From Macrostomum lignano (taxonomy: Eukaryota): a stretch of DNA of 64,000 nt. The stretch lies in contig NIVC01000181.1 in the NCBI GenBank assembly GCA_002269645.1, positions 213,693 through 277,692 on the forward strand, in the 5' to 3' direction. Every line of letters starts with the position of its first letter. Position 1 is the stretch's first letter. The notes under the pieces were generated by a model. It ran no database searches. It was not told the DNA's origin and saw nothing but the letters and a program-made list of their open reading frames with translations. This document shows, one piece after another, positions 1 through 13,684 of this stretch. The translations under genes were made by a program, and so were the position numbers.

Positions 1-2024
1 GTGCCTCACTCACTAATCACTGAAGTGCCTCACTCACTAATCAATGAAGTGCCTCACTCACTAATCACTGAAGTGCCTCACTCACTAATCACTGAAGTGC
101 CTCACTCACTAATCACTGAGTGCCTCACTCACTAATCACTGAAGTGCCTCACTCACTAATCACTGAAGTGCCTCACTCACTAATCACTGAAGTGCCTCAC
201 TCACTAATCACTGAAGTGCCTCACTCACTAATCACTGATGTGCCTCACACACTAATCACTGAAGTGCCTCACTCACTAATCACTGATGTGCCTCACTCAC
301 TAATCACTGATGTGTGCCTCACTCACTAATCACTGATGTGCCTCAATCACTAATCACTGATGTGCCTCACTCACTAATCACTGATGTGCCTCACTCACTA
401 ATCACTGAAGTGTCTCACACACTAATCACTGAAGTGCCTCACTCACTAATCACTGAAGTGTCTCACACACTAATCACTGATGTGCCTCACTCACTAATCA
501 CTGAAGTGCCTCACTCACTAATCACTGATGCCTCACTCACTAATCACTGAAGTGTCTCACTCACTAATCACTGAAGTGCCTCACACACTAATCACTGAAG
601 TGCCTCACTCACTAATCACTGAAGTGCCTCACTCACTAATCACTGAAGTGCCTCACTCACTAATCACTGATGTGCCTCACTCACTAATCACTGAAGTGCT
701 CACTCACTAATCACTGAAGTGCCTCACTCACTAATCACTGAAGTGCCTCACTCACTAATCACTGAAGTGCCTCACTCACTAATCACTGAAGTGCCTCACT
801 CACTAATCACTGAAGTGCCTCACACACTAATCACTGAAGTGCCTCACTCACTAATCACTGAAGTGCCTCACTCACTAATCACTGAAGTGCCTCACTCACT
901 AATCACTGAAGTGCCTCACACACTAATCACTGAAGTGCCTCACTCACTAATCACTGATGTGCCTCACTCACTAATCACTGATGTGCCTCACACACTAATC
1001 ACTGAAGTGCTCACTCACTAATCACTGAAGTGCCTCACTCACTAATCACTGATGTGCCTCACACACTAAATCACTGATGTGCCTCACTCACTAATCACTG
1101 ATGTGCCTCACACACTAATCACTGAAGTGCCTCACTCACTAATCACTGATGTGCCTCACTCACTAATCACTGAAGTGCCTCACTCACTAATCACTGAAGT
1201 GCCTCACTCACTAATCACTGAAGTGCCTCACTCACTAATCACTGAAGTGCCTCACACACTAATCACTGAAGTGCCTCACTCACTAATCACTGAAGTGCCT
1301 CACTCACTAATCACTGAAGTGCCTCACTCACTAATCACTGAAGTGCCTCACACACTAATCACTGAAGTGCCTCACTCACTAATCACTGATGTGCCTCACT
1401 CACTAATCACTGATGTGCCTCACACACTAATCACTGAAGTGCCTCACTCACTAATCACTGAAGTGCCTCACTCACTAATCACTGATGTGCCTCACACACT
1501 AATCACTGATGTGCCTCACTCACTAATCACTGATGTGCCTCACACACTAATCACTGAAGTGCCTCACTCACTAATCACTGATGTGCCTCACACACTAATC
1601 ACTGAAGTGCCTCACTCACTAATCACTGATGTGCCTCACTCACTAATCACTGAAGTGCCTCACACACTAATCACTGAAGTGCCTCACTCACTAATCACTG
1701 ATGTGCCTCACTCACTAATCACTGATGTGCCTCACACACTAATCACTGAAGTGCCTCACTCACTAATCACTGAAGTGCCTCACTCACTAATCACTGATGT
1801 GCCTCACACACTAATCACTGATGTGCCTCACTCACTAATCACTGATGTGCCTCACACACTAATCACTGAAGTGCCTCACTCACTAATCACTGAAGTGCCT
1901 CACTCACTAATCACTGAAGTGCCTCACTAATCACTGATGTGCCTCACTCACTAATCACTGAAGTGCCTCACTCACTAATCACTGAAGTGCCTCACTCACT
2001 AATCACTGAAGTGCCTTCACTAAT
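1..2024. repeat. 24-bp minisatellite (GTGCCTCACTCACTAATCACTGAA), in ZPR1 intron 2
   Basis: Continuous 24-bp unit; explains the spurious VPHSLITE ORFs at 120-1930. Confidence 0.97.
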
Positions 2025-2529
2025 CACTAATGTTGCTAACAATAAATAAAATACAAATTACAGATTTTATCACCTATCAGCCACTTACCCTGTTGAAAAT
2101 ACAGAAGAAGCATAACCAAGTCTGCTGTTGAGATGTTTTTCTTCAAAAAAATCAATGAATAAAAAACGAAAGGGACAGAGAGACAGGAGAAAGAGAAGGA
2201 GAGACTGAATATCTATATAGGCATAGGGGGCCAGCGCACCCACCCCCAACCTGCCCCCCCCCCCAAAACCCCCACCTCCCCAAACCCTACTGCGTACAAA
2301 AACTTGCGTAGACAAAAATCGATAACTAAATTAAACTATAGACGGAAAGACGGGGAGAGCAAAGGGCGATAATTGTAGGGGCAATCTTCAGTGGTATATT
2401 GCGCAATTTTATGAGCTATTGTCGTCTTTTTCTAGCCCAGTCTTTTCTAGGAATGACACTGTTTGAAAGTGATTTTAAACATCGAAACATATCATATGAA
2501 ATATTTGATAGATAATGAATCCTGTTTCC

Positions 2530-3211
2530 TGGCAACTCTATACTAATAAGTGGCATCTCAGATGTGAAAATGGCAACTCTATTCTGATTAGTGGCATCTC
2601 AGATATGAAAATGGCAACTCTATTCTGATTAGTGGCATCTCAGTTGTGAAAATGGCAACTCTATTCTGATTAGTGGCATCTCAGATGTGAAAATGGCAAC
2701 TCTATTCTGATTAGTGGCATCTCCGATATGAAAATGGAAACTCTATTCTGATTAGTGGCATCTCAGATATGAAAATGGCAACTCTATTCTGATTAGTGGC
2801 ATCTCAGTTGTGAAAATGGCAACTCTATTCTGATTAGTGGCATCTCAGATGTGAAAATGGCAACTCTATTCTGATTAGTGGCATCTCAGATGTGAAAATG
2901 GCAACTCTATTCTGATTAGTGGCATCTCAGATATGAAAATGGAAACTCTATTCTGATTAGTGGCATCTCAGATATGAAAATGGAAACTCTATTCTGATTA
3001 GTGGCATCTCAGATATGAAAATGGCAACTCTATTCTGATTAGTGGCATCTCAGATATGAAAATGGCAACTCTATTCTGATTAGTGGCATCTCAGATATGA
3101 AAATGGCAACTCTATTCTGATTAGTGGCATCTCAGATATGAAAATGGAAACTCTATTCTGATTAGTGGCATCTCAGATATGAAAATGGCAACTCTATTCT
3201 GATTAGTGGCA
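2530..3211. repeat. 41-bp minisatellite in ZPR1 intron 2
   Basis: Unit TGGCAACTCTATTCTGATTAGTGGCATCTCAGATATGAAAA; successive starts at 2571 and 2612. Confidence 0.95.
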
Positions 3212-3265
3212 CGTCAGGGTTAACACACAAGCTTAAATATAATACATACTACTGAGTTTACTCAC

Positions 3266-4532
3266 CTGAAAATTCAACACTTCGCCGTATCGATCAAACT
3301 CCTCACTAGCGGAGCCGGTCGCCGCAGCCGCACCGTCAGCGTCGCCATTAGCAACGACACTGGAAGCGTTGCCATTGGTTCCGGCCTCGGCATCGGCGGG
3401 CGTAATGCCGAGAGCTTCGTCTTCTTCACGGGTGCGCTGGAAGCGTCGGACGGTCAGGCAGGGATCGGCGGCCGGGGCGGACGGGTTTTCTAAGAAACTG
3501 TTGCCGCTGGGATCGCGCAGGACAAGAGTGAAGCTGGGGCTGGCCGTGCGGGAGAAAGGATAAGTAAGTAGATATACAGGCAGGTAGATGTGTGAACAGA
3601 CAGGATAATTGTTTACAGACAGCTAGTAGATGAGTGAACAGATAGTCAGATGCCTGAGCAGACGGTCAGATGTGTGAACAGACGGTCAGATGTGTGAACA
3701 GAAAGGTAGATTGTGAACAGACAGGTAGATTGTGAACAGATGTGACAGGTATATTGTGAACAGACAGGTAGATTGTGAACAGACAGGTAGATTGTGAACA
3801 GACAGGTAGATTGTGAACAGACGGTCAGATGTGTGAACAGAAAGGTAGATTGTGAACAGATGTGACAGGTAGATTGTGAACAGACAGTTAGATGTGTGAA
3901 CAGACAGGTAGATTGTGAACAGACGGTCAGACGTGTGAACAGACAGGTAGATTGTGAACAGACGGTCAGATGTGTAAACAGACAGGTAGATTGTGAACAG
4001 ACAGCTCCCAGACTCACTTCTCAGCCTCGATCATGCCCTGCATTTTGTTAATAAAAGCTGCCAGCCGATCAACTCCGTCGGGACCCGCAGAGGTGGCCGC
4101 GGAGGCCAGGGCGGAGCGCAGGTTGTCCAGCACGTCAGTCAATGCGCCCTCCACCGTGCTGACCGAGGCCTCACTGCCGGGAAAAACCGAATCGAGCTCG
4201 GGCAGGCGAATCTCCGAGCCGGGCGCCCGGACCAGTTTCCGATTGAGATCGCTCGGCTTGCTGACTCGGAGCTTGAACTCGACTCCGTAGTCTTGGATTC
4301 GTTCCGCGTGGTCGGTGCTGCGGCTCTGGTGGCCGCAGTCGGGACAGTCAAAGCTGGATACGACGACCTCTTTGAAATAGGGAATGCGAGTGAGCAGCAG
4401 CTTGGTGACGCCCTGGCTGTGGCAGTTCATGCATAGCGACTGCATCTCCGTCACCTGCAGTTCGTCTGGGTCCAGGCCGGGAAACAGCGGCTGCTGCGCC
4501 TGGGCATCGGCGCGCTCGGCGAGGTCGCTCAT
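3266..4532 (-). CDS. ZPR1: Zinc finger protein ZPR1, 5' part (exons 4018-4532 and 3266-3539; rest lies left of the window)
   Basis: SLCMNC...TKLLLTRIPYFKEVVVSSFDCPDCGH C4 finger, then FTLVLRDPSGNSFLENP. Donors GTGAGT at 4017 and 3265; acceptor at 3540; phases join (AA+C). The second zinc-finger module was not found in the window. Confidence 0.93.
3590..4004. repeat. About 19-20-bp minisatellite filling ZPR1 intron 1
   Basis: Units GACAGGTAGATTGTGAACA and GACGGTCAGATGTGTGAACA. Confidence 0.9.
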
Positions 4533-4589
4533 GATGGCTCAGCGCTGAAATTAGCGGTGGTACTCGGTGACGGACAGGCAAGTAGGCAG

Positions 4590-4605
4590 AAAGACAGACA
4601 CAGAA

Positions 4606-4660
<55 letters not shown>

Positions 4661-4777
4661 AAGACAGACAGACAGAGAGATAGACACTATGACAGACAGA
4701 CAGACAGACAGACAAAAAGACAGACAGACAGACAGAGAGATAGACACTATGACAGACAGACAGACAGACAGACAGAA

Positions 4778-4824
<47 letters not shown>
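4590..4824. repeat. (AGAC)n microsatellite with AGACACTATGA interruptions
   Basis: Read directly from sequence. Confidence 0.95.
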
Positions 4825-5591
4825 GGCAGAAACGACAAAACAGACACCCAGAAACTAACACCAGCAACGTCAAAGTCAGCAAAGTATATTATATAATAAA
4901 ATCAATGGCTCATCGGTCCCGTTGTCATGACAACAAGGTGAGAACGGGCCAGCGCTTCATATTGTATAAAAGCATATTTTCGCAATTCAATCGTGTGTTG
5001 TCAGCGCGAGCGGTTTAATTTCCAAAAAGCAAAAAACACAAAACAGCAAATTTTGCAGAGCAGACAGCTGGCGCGTATCCAGCGATAGCGAGCAAAATTC
5101 GAAATTTATCTTCAAGCCTCGGCGGCAAAAGTACATGCACAGTCATAAATAAAAGTACAGTAAGATTGACAAAAATTGCGAAATTTAGGTAAACCTAAAA
5201 TGACATAATAAAAGACTTAAATTAACAAAAACATGCCATCCAAACTGATAGGCAATAAAAGCGTCAATGTTACAAACTAAACGCAAGCTAGCACAATAAA
5301 TGATTATAGATAATATAAATATAGCACACGAATTCATGCAATAAACTGATATTTTTTCATACAAAACAAAAAACTAAAAGACAGTGTTGCAAAATTGCGG
5401 GTCAGACTATAGAAAATCATTCAGCTGGCATCGATTTCGTTCAAGATGCAGAGTCGGATTTCGAACCAGTTGAGCTAATTGCGATCTGAAACCAATTTTA
5501 AACGGTGCATTGATTGAGTTTGAGCTTGAATCCTGCATTACATTATTGTCTTCATAATCAGATTAATTTAGTAACGCGACTTTTCGACTTC

Positions 5592-6805
5592 CCACACTGA
5601 TCCCATCCCACTCTGATCCCATCCCACACTGATGCCATCCCACACTGATCCTATCCCACACTGATACCATCCCACACTGATGCCATCCCACTCTGATCCC
5701 ATCCCACACTGATGCCATCCCACTCTGATCCCATCCCACACTGATGCCATCCCACTCTGATGCCATCCCACACTGATGCCATCCCACACTGATCCCATCC
5801 CACACTGATACCATCCCACACGGATGCCATCCCACTCTGATCCCATCCCACACTGATCCCATCCCACACTGATCCCATCCCGCACTGATCCCATCCCACA
5901 CTGATCCCATCCCATTCTGATCCCATCCCACTCTGATCCCATCCCACACTGATGCCATCCCACACTGATGCCATCCCACACTGATCCTATCCCACACTGA
6001 TACCATCCCACACTGATGCCATCCCACTCTGATCCCATCCCACACTGATCCCATCCCACACTGATACCATCCCACACGGATGCCATCCCACTCTGATCCC
6101 ATCCCACACTGATGCCATCCCACTCTGATCCCATCCCACTCTGATCCCATCCCACTCTGATCCCATCCCACACTGATCCCATCCTACTCTGATCCCATCC
6201 CACACTGATCCCATCCCACTCTGATCCCACCCCACACTGATCCCATCTCACACTGATCCCATCTCACACTGATCCCATCCCACACTGGTCCCATCCCATA
6301 CTGATCCCATGCCATACTGATCCCATCCCACACTGATCCTATCCCACACTGATCCTATCCCACACTGATCCCATCCCACACTGATCCCATCCCACACTGA
6401 TCCCATCTTACACTGATCCCATCCCACACTGATCCCATCCCACACTGATCCCATCCCACACTGATCCTATCCCACTCTGATCCTTTCCCACTCTGATCCC
6501 ATCTCACACTGATCCCATCCCACACTGATCCCATCTTACACTGATCCCATCCCACACTGATCCCATCCCACACTGATCCCATCCCACACTGATCCTATCT
6601 CACACTGGTCCCATCCCATACTGATCCCATCCCATACTGATCCTATCCCACACTGATCCCATCCCACACTGATCCTATCCCACACTGATCCCATCCCACA
6701 CTGATCCCATCCCACACTGATCCTATCTCACACTGGTCTCATCCCATACTGATCCCATCCCATACTGATCCTATCCCACACTGATCCCATCCCTCACTGA
6801 TCCCA
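5592..6805. repeat. 16-bp minisatellite (GATCCCATCCCACACT)
   Basis: Read directly; source of the spurious GWDQCGMGS ORFs. Confidence 0.95.
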
Positions 6806-6884
6806 TGCCACACTCGGACACCAGACTCACCGTGACATTAAAAGACTCCATTATTCTCCAGCATCAAAGCATCAGCATCAGACA

Positions 6885-7547
6885 TCAGGAGTTGCCGCCC
6901 TCAGCAGGAGGAGTGGCAGTAGCAGCGGCGGCGGCGGTCTTCCTAACGGAGTGCACTTCCTCGCTGATGGCCTCTAAAGCGGCCATGGTTTCCTGGTAAA
7001 CCCGCTTGCAGATGCGCCGCTTCTCTTCTAGCGTGTCCACCCGGGCCTTCTGCTCTTCTAGCAGGCGGCGCTGCCGCTCGCAAGCGTCGAAATACGGCTT
7101 GGCCCGACGGGCCACCGAGGCGCGCACCGATCGTTCAAGTCGGGCCGCGGCGGCTTCGAGCTCGTGGCATCGTCTAGCCAGGCGCTGATGCTCGGCCGAG
7201 GATGTTGGCGAGGCTTGGCGCAGAAATCTAGCCGCGGCGGCTCGCGCCTCCAACTGGGTCAGCTGGCAACGCCGCCTGGCTTCGTAGGCCGGCCGGGCCG
7301 CTTCGATACAGCTTGGACCGGCCGCTACACGGGCCGCCGTCATGGCCTCCAGGCCGGCCGATTGGCGGCGCCGGAACTCGGCGCGGGCCTCGGTCAGGTC
7401 GGTCTCGGCCGAGTTCAGCTGCTGGGCGGACAAGTTCAACCGTTCGAGCTCGGCGGACACGCGAGAGGATAATGAAGAAACAGACGGGGTCGGCGAGTGC
7501 AGCGAAGGCGACGGCAGAGCAGGGGATGTCGGAGCGGAGGCTGGCAT
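6885..7547 (-). CDS. SH3BP5: SH3 domain-binding protein 5 family (SH3BP5/SH3BP5L-like), single exon, 220 aa
   Basis: ELERLNLSAQQLNSAETDLTEARAEFR, ARPAYEARR, AKPYFD and MAALEAISEEVH match the SH3BP5 coiled-coil pattern as I recall it. Confidence 0.85.
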   Translation of the reverse strand: MPASAPTSPALPSPSLHSPTPSVSSLSSRVSAELERLNLSAQQLNSAETDLTEARAEFRRRQSAGLEAMTAARVAAGPSCIEAARPAYEARRRCQLTQLEARAAAARFLRQASPTSSAEHQRLARRCHELEAAAARLERSVRASVARRAKPYFDACERQRRLLEEQKARVDTLEEKRRICKRVYQETMAALEAISEEVHSVRKTAAAAATATPPAEGGNS

Positions 7548-7723
7548 GGCGTCTGTCTGGTCTGCTCAGGCCTCGTGGGCTCGCTGTGTCTCCTCTGGTA
7601 TGGCTTATTGATGCTGCAATGTTGCATAGTGAAACTGAGATTCCAACTCCCGCCCTGTGCAACAAATATAGCTTGAAATCTCTGTCCTAAATGAAGACTT
7701 GCCCGATTTAAATGGGGATTTTT

Positions 7724-8555
7724 CCGAAATCTCAACCCTATCAAATGCAGACTGTCCGAAATCTCAACCCTATCAAATGCAGACTGTCCGAAATCTCAAC
7801 CCTATCAAATGCAGACTGTCCGAAATCTCAACCCTATCAAATGCAGACTGTCCGAAATCTCAACCCTATCAAATGCAGACTGTCCGAAATCTCAACCCTA
7901 TCAAATGCAGACTGTCCGAAATCTCAACCCTATCAAATGCAGACTGTCCGAAATCTCAACCCTATCAAATGCAGACTGTCCGAAATCTCAACCCTATCAA
8001 ATGCAGACTGTCCGAAATCTCAACCCTATCAAATGCAGACTGTCCGAAATCTCAACCCTATCAAATGCAGACTGTCCGAAATCTCAACCCTATCAAATGC
8101 AGACTGTCCGAAATCTCAACCCTATCAAATGCAGACTGTCCGAAATCTCAACCCTATCAAATGCAGACTGTCCGAAATCTCAACCCTATCAAATGCAGAC
8201 TGTCCGAAATCTCAACCCTATCAAATGCAGACTGTCCGAAATCTCAACCCTATCAAATGCAGACTGTCCGAAATCTCAACCCTATCAAATGCAGACTGTC
8301 CGAAATCTCAACCCTATCAAATGCAGACTGTCCGAAATCTCAACCCTATCAAATGCAGACTGTCCGAAATCTCAACCCTATCAAATGCAGACTGTCCGAA
8401 ATCTCAACCCTATCAAATGCAGACTGTCCGAAATCTCAACCCTATCAATGCAGACTGTCCGAAATCTCAACCCTATCAAAGTGCAGACTGTCTGAAATCT
8501 CACCCCTATGGATAGACCGTCTGAAATCTCAACCCTATAAAGTGCAGACTGTTTG
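7724..8555. repeat. 32-bp minisatellite, nearly perfect
   Basis: Unit CCGAAATCTCAACCCTATCAAATGCAGACTGT; starts at 7724 and 7756; degenerates after about 8450. Confidence 0.97.
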
Positions 8556-9243
8556 AAATCTCACCGCTTTTGATAGACTGTCCGAGCGCCGAAATCTCGC
8601 CCCTACGACTGAGACAGACTGTCCGAAAGGAAAGTTTTACCCCTATGGGATAGAGGCTGTCTGGACTCTTAAACCTCTCAAATGAGAAAATCAATGAGAA
8701 ACCTAACTCAAACATGGCTAGGTTAGCAACAATGTTATAACAGTCTTTCTTAAAAAAAGTTAGTCCTTCTTTATCAAATAGAATTAAGAGCTAAAAAGTC
8801 TTTAGTTTAAACTATAATGCAACAATAAATAGTTGTTTCATATAATCTATATGAAGAGCGCCGTGTTGCAGAAGAGCCAGACAAACAGAAAATTAATGTG
8901 CTAATGCCAGGTAGTTAAATAAAACTTGGCAAAGTAAAGTTAAACAGGATAATAATATTACTATAGTAGGATTAACATTTTCGTTGCTTATAGTAAAATA
9001 ATTATAAAGAAAAATCTAGCTTCTTTCGCATACTACTAACGAAAACTAACAAAAAAACAGTAGTAAAGATCATAATAGAGATCTAGAGCTGTGTTAGCAA
9101 ACTAACTGTAAAGTGCATACTTTTATATACTACTAATTTAAGCCAGTACTAAGAGTAGTGTTAACTTGCTATCTCATAAAATTAAATATCCTAAATTTCT
9201 TTTGAATCCAGTACTTTCAGTAATAATTATAAATTCTAATAAA

Positions 9244-11539
9244 TCAAGGCTCGAAGCAGAACGCCAAGCCCAGCTGGTGGCCACCGCCGCCAAGATTTTT
9301 ACAATCCAAATTGCTGCTCATTGTCACGCGGAAGCCGTCGCGCACCTGGAAACTGTAGGACGAGCCCAACAGGCTGCGATTGTTTAGGCGCAGTTTAAAA
9401 GCGCTACCATCGTTTAATCGGTACTTGGCCGCTACGCCCAGATCCGCGGCGTGGCTGGAGCCTGAGTAGCACAGCTTCAGGCCCGCCTCCAGGCCACGAG
9501 ACAGGCGGTGATAAGCTGAAGCGCAATAGTTGCTGCTGTTCTCAACTCCAGCGTACAGGGACAGGTCCTTCACCTGCGTGTAGGTGTGGTTTGAGCAGCA
9601 ATTGACTTTCTATTCTAATTTGTTTCTATTTTTATTAGGGATGTCTCTGTACTTCAGGAACGAGTTGGTAGCTTCAGATGCATCTCTGTACTTCAGGGAG
9701 AGGTTGGATGATAGCTTCAGATGCATCTCTGTACTTCAGGGAGAGGTTGGATGATAGCTTCAGATGCATCTCTGTACTTCAGGGAGAGGTTGGATGATAG
9801 CTTCAGATGCATCTCTGTACTTCAGGGATGGGTTGGTAGCTTCAGATGCATCTCTGTACTTCAGGGATGGGTTGGATGATAGCTTCAGATGCATCTCTGT
9901 ACTTCAGGGATGGGTTGGTAGCTTCAGATGCATCTCTGTACTTCAGGGATGGGTTGGTAGCTTCAGATGCATCTCTGTACTTCAGGGAGAGGTTGGATGA
10001 TAGCTTCAGTTGCATCTCTGTACTTCAGGGAGAGGTTGGATGATAGCTTCAGATGCATCTCTGTACTTCAGGGATGGGTTGGTAGCTTCAGATGCATCTC
10101 TGTACTTCAGGGATGGGTTGGATGATAGCTTCAGATGCATCTCTGTACTTCAGGGATGGGTTGGATGATAGCTTCAGATGCATCTCTGTACTTCAGGGAT
10201 GGGTTGGATGATAGCTTCAGATGCATCTCTGTACTTCAGGGATGGGTTGGATGATAGCTTCAGATGCATCTCTGTACTTCAGGGATGGGTTGGATGATAG
10301 CTTCAGATGCATCTCTGTACTTCAGGGATGGGTTGGATGATAGCTTCAGATGCATCTCTGTACTTCAGGGATGGGTTGGTAGCTTCAGATGCATCTCTGT
10401 ACTTCATGGATAGGTTGGATGATAGCTTCAGATGCATCTCTGTACTTCATGGATAGGTTGGATGATAGCTTCAGATGCATCTCTGTACTTCATGGATAGG
10501 TTGGATGATAGCTTCAGATGCATCTCTGTACTTCAGGGATGGGTTGGATGATAGCTTCAGATGCATCTCTGTACTTCAGGGATGGGTTGGATGATAGCTT
10601 CAGATGCATCTCTGTACTTCAGGGATGGGTTGGTAGCTTCAGTCTTCAGATGCATCTCTGTACTTCATGGATAGGTTGGATGATAGCTTCAGATGCATCT
10701 CTGTACTTCATGGATAGGTTGGATGATAGCTTCAGATGCATCTCTGTACTTCAGGGATGGGTTGGATGATAGCTTCAGATGCATCTCTGTACTTCAGGGA
10801 TGGGTTGGATGATAGCTTCAGATGCATCTCTGTACTTCAGGGATGGGTTGGTAGCTTCAGATGCATCTCTGTACTTCATGGATAGGTTGGATGATAGCTT
10901 CAGATGCATCCCTGAGGTATTTCAGGGAGAGAAATTACTAGTAATATTCAGAGGGGTTGGACACCCAGAGAATCAGTATTCAAGGAGGGTTCGGCAGCTT
11001 CAGGAGATGACTCAGACCTGAAAAGCCGCACCGTAGCTAAGTTTGGTCAGTTTCTGTCTTTCAGTATCGAATCCAACGCTGGCACCGGCGAAGAAGTTCT
11101 GATAGCCGAACACAGCGCTAGACAGTACGGTGGGAAAATTAGTCTTAAACTCCAAATCCAGCGCAGTGTTCACATTGGCCCGTTTAAATCCTGTTTTAAC
11201 TTTGGCGCTACGTTTCCCTGTGTTGGGCTCAAAATTAATCTCGAATGAATTCTTTAGACCCTTAGCTAAGCGGTCTTCGATGGCAACCTCCGCTGTAATG
11301 GCATTACTGGTTTTCCATTTATTAGTCAGGGTGATGCCGTAGTCTCTAAACGATCGCTTAACTTCAACATCCGCAGCCGCCCGGCCAGTTTCCATATCGT
11401 GCGAGCCGCTAGACTTGAATTCGGAGTCCAACAGCTGGGCTTTGGTTTTTAGCTCGGCTTTGACTGAGCCAAAATTGAAGTCTTTATTGTAGAGATCGTT
11501 GGCATCTTTGCTGAGATCGCTGAAGCTTGGAGGAGCCAT
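9244..11539 (-). CDS. VDAC: Voltage-dependent anion channel (mitochondrial porin), 2 exons (11018-11539, 9244-9573), 283 aa
   Basis: MAPPSFSDLSKDANDLYNKDF, KWKTSNAI, KGLKNSF, FEPNTGKRSAKVKTG, KLRLNNRSLLG, GGHQLGLAFCFE. Phase-0 GT-AG intron 9574-11017; length typical of VDAC. Confidence 0.96.
9640..10912. repeat. 43/39-bp minisatellite in the VDAC intron
   Basis: Unit GCTTCAGATGCATCTCTGTACTTCAGGGATGGGTTGG(ATGATA or TA). Confidence 0.95.
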
Positions 11540-12689
11540 CTCAAGGCTTTAAAGTGCAAGGCTTGCTGATAGAGAGAAAGGAGTAAATGCTTTCTTTAAC
11601 ACGTCACTGGCTGCAATGGTTGGCAATAATCGATAAATAATGCAATGACAATCTGACTGACACTCTGCACAAGATAATCTCTAAATTACAATAGAAAATG
11701 TCATCAATAATGCCTGTACCCTGTGTATGCTTGGTCATGTTCAATGGATTAATAATTTTTGCTGGGATCCTGGGATTTTTGGCTTATGAGAGTAAGATTG
11801 GGATTTGTATTTAATGTATAAGTATATAGAAAAGTGAGATAGGATCCTAATTGTTTCTGTGGTCTAGATCCCTATGCATCTCCACAATATACTAAAATAT
11901 ATTCAACTAATCCAGCTGGCAAAAATCATGGTAGACTGGCTAGACCAAGGGTAAATTGTAAAATTGATTTTTTTCTTGACAGTTTTTTCTTTTTGTTTGA
12001 TTATGGCTATGAATTGAAGATGTTTTACTTTGTTATCTCATTTGCTTGAATAAAAGACACCTTTGAAAAGTGGTCAAGGAATAAAAAATTTACAAAAAAT
12101 GTTTACCTAAATATCTACACTTTTGTATATGTTTTCCCAATATGGCACTATTGATCAATTTTGTAAAAAGTTTGTTTTAAAAACTTTCAAAATATTTTTA
12201 TCTTACTAATTTCTATGACAAAGATTTTTTTGGCTTCTTATATATAATACAACAAAAATAGCTAAAACATTTGCAAAAATACCTGCAAAAGTTAGGCCTA
12301 GTCTTAGGCCTTAAATATATAAGGGGACTGTAGCTATAATATAGCTATAAAAACTTAAAAATATAGGTTTTGAGAAAAACATATAAATATGGCTATGGCC
12401 ATTTAATACTTAAAAGACTTGAGATTTAAAAGCAAGCAACAATGATGTTTGATGGCACATATATTATAGTTGGGATGACAATTGCTTAAGTTAAGATAAA
12501 GTTAAAAAAAGAAACCATTTAGCATTTGCCACCATCAAAGAAGGCTAGACTACAAATAATTTAGGGCCTTTTGCTACCCAATCTTTTTGGGAACCAAATG
12601 ATAAGCTGATCTACTGATCACATTATTCTCAAAAAATATATTGATAAACATTGGAGATTTCATTATTTTTGTTACTTTAAGATTACTAG

Positions 12690-13010
12690 AAAAAAGGGAA
12701 GAAGAAAAATAAGTGAAAAGGGGAGAAAAAAGGGAGAATGAAAAGGCAAAGAAAGAAAAGAGCAAAGAGAATGGAGAAGAGGAAGAAAGAAAAAAGATAA
12801 AATAAGAGAAGAAAAATGAAAAAGAAAGATAAGAGAGAAGAAGGGAAAAGGGAAAAGGGAAAAGAAAAAGGAAAAAAGACTAAGATAGAAAAGAGAAAAA
12901 GGATAGAATAAAGAGAAAAGGAAAAAGTGGAAAAAGTGGAAAATAGAAAATAAGAAAAAAAAGAAAAAGGAAAGAAAATAATAGAAAAGAGAAAAAAATA
13001 GAAATAAATT
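12690..13010. repeat. Polypurine (A/G) low-complexity tract
   Basis: Almost only A and G on + for about 320 bp; gives spurious F/L/S-rich minus-strand ORFs. Confidence 0.85.
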
Positions 13011-13506
13011 GATAAGCATTGAATGCCATAGGCCTAGATGTATTCTACACTAACAACAAAATACTATTCCTAGCTATATTTTTACAATTATAATAGTTCC
13101 CAATAAAGGTCCTAATAGGCATATTCAATCTATAATATACAAGGCCTAAGTATTGCTAGCTGGTAGCACTTTGCTAGGCTCTCCTATTATTATAGCAAAA
13201 AATGTTTAAGGAAGTATTACTAACTAAAAAAATTATTGGCTATAAATATTGGTCACAGATAGGTCTAAGACTATAAGAAAAAATATAAAATATGGTTATC
13301 GATACAAAAATAAATAAATTTTGTTATTGATAAAATTCTATTGTTTTTTCTATAGGCCTAACCATTAATAAAGCCCTAGGCCTATGCTATGGTTATAAAA
13401 GGTATAATTATAAAAAATTCTCTATAAAATAAAAAGTAGGCCTATTTTTTTCTTTTCATATTTTTATTTTTTATGTAAGCCCAATAGCTTGAGTTCTAGC
13501 ACTTAA

Positions 13507-13684
13507 GCACCAGAACCCATTTTCTAATGGCTAGGCCTATGGTGGCAGTCTTCTGTAGGCCTAAGCAGTTATCTACTAATGAAGTTCATATCATTATCTA
13601 CTAATGAAGTTCATATCATTATCTACTAATGAAGTTCATGATCCATAGCCATAGGGCCTAGCCATTAGAAAATGGTTTTGGTGT
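13507..13684. repeat. About 35-bp inverted repeat around a 25-bp triplicated core (foldback/MITE-like)
   Basis: GCACCAGAACCCATTTTCTAATGGCTAGGCCTATGG (13507-13542) pairs with CCATAGGGCCTAGCCATTAGAAAATGGTTTTGGTGT (13649-13684). The core has about 3 copies of ATCTACTAATGAAGTTCATATCATT. Confidence 0.7.

Noticed and set aside
120-8556. Long repetitive ORFs (VPHSLITE, GWDQCG, MQTVRNLNP and similar at 23559, 25991, 37881, 53127, 57258, 59885)
   Set aside because: Translations of minisatellites, mostly intronic and often open in several frames.
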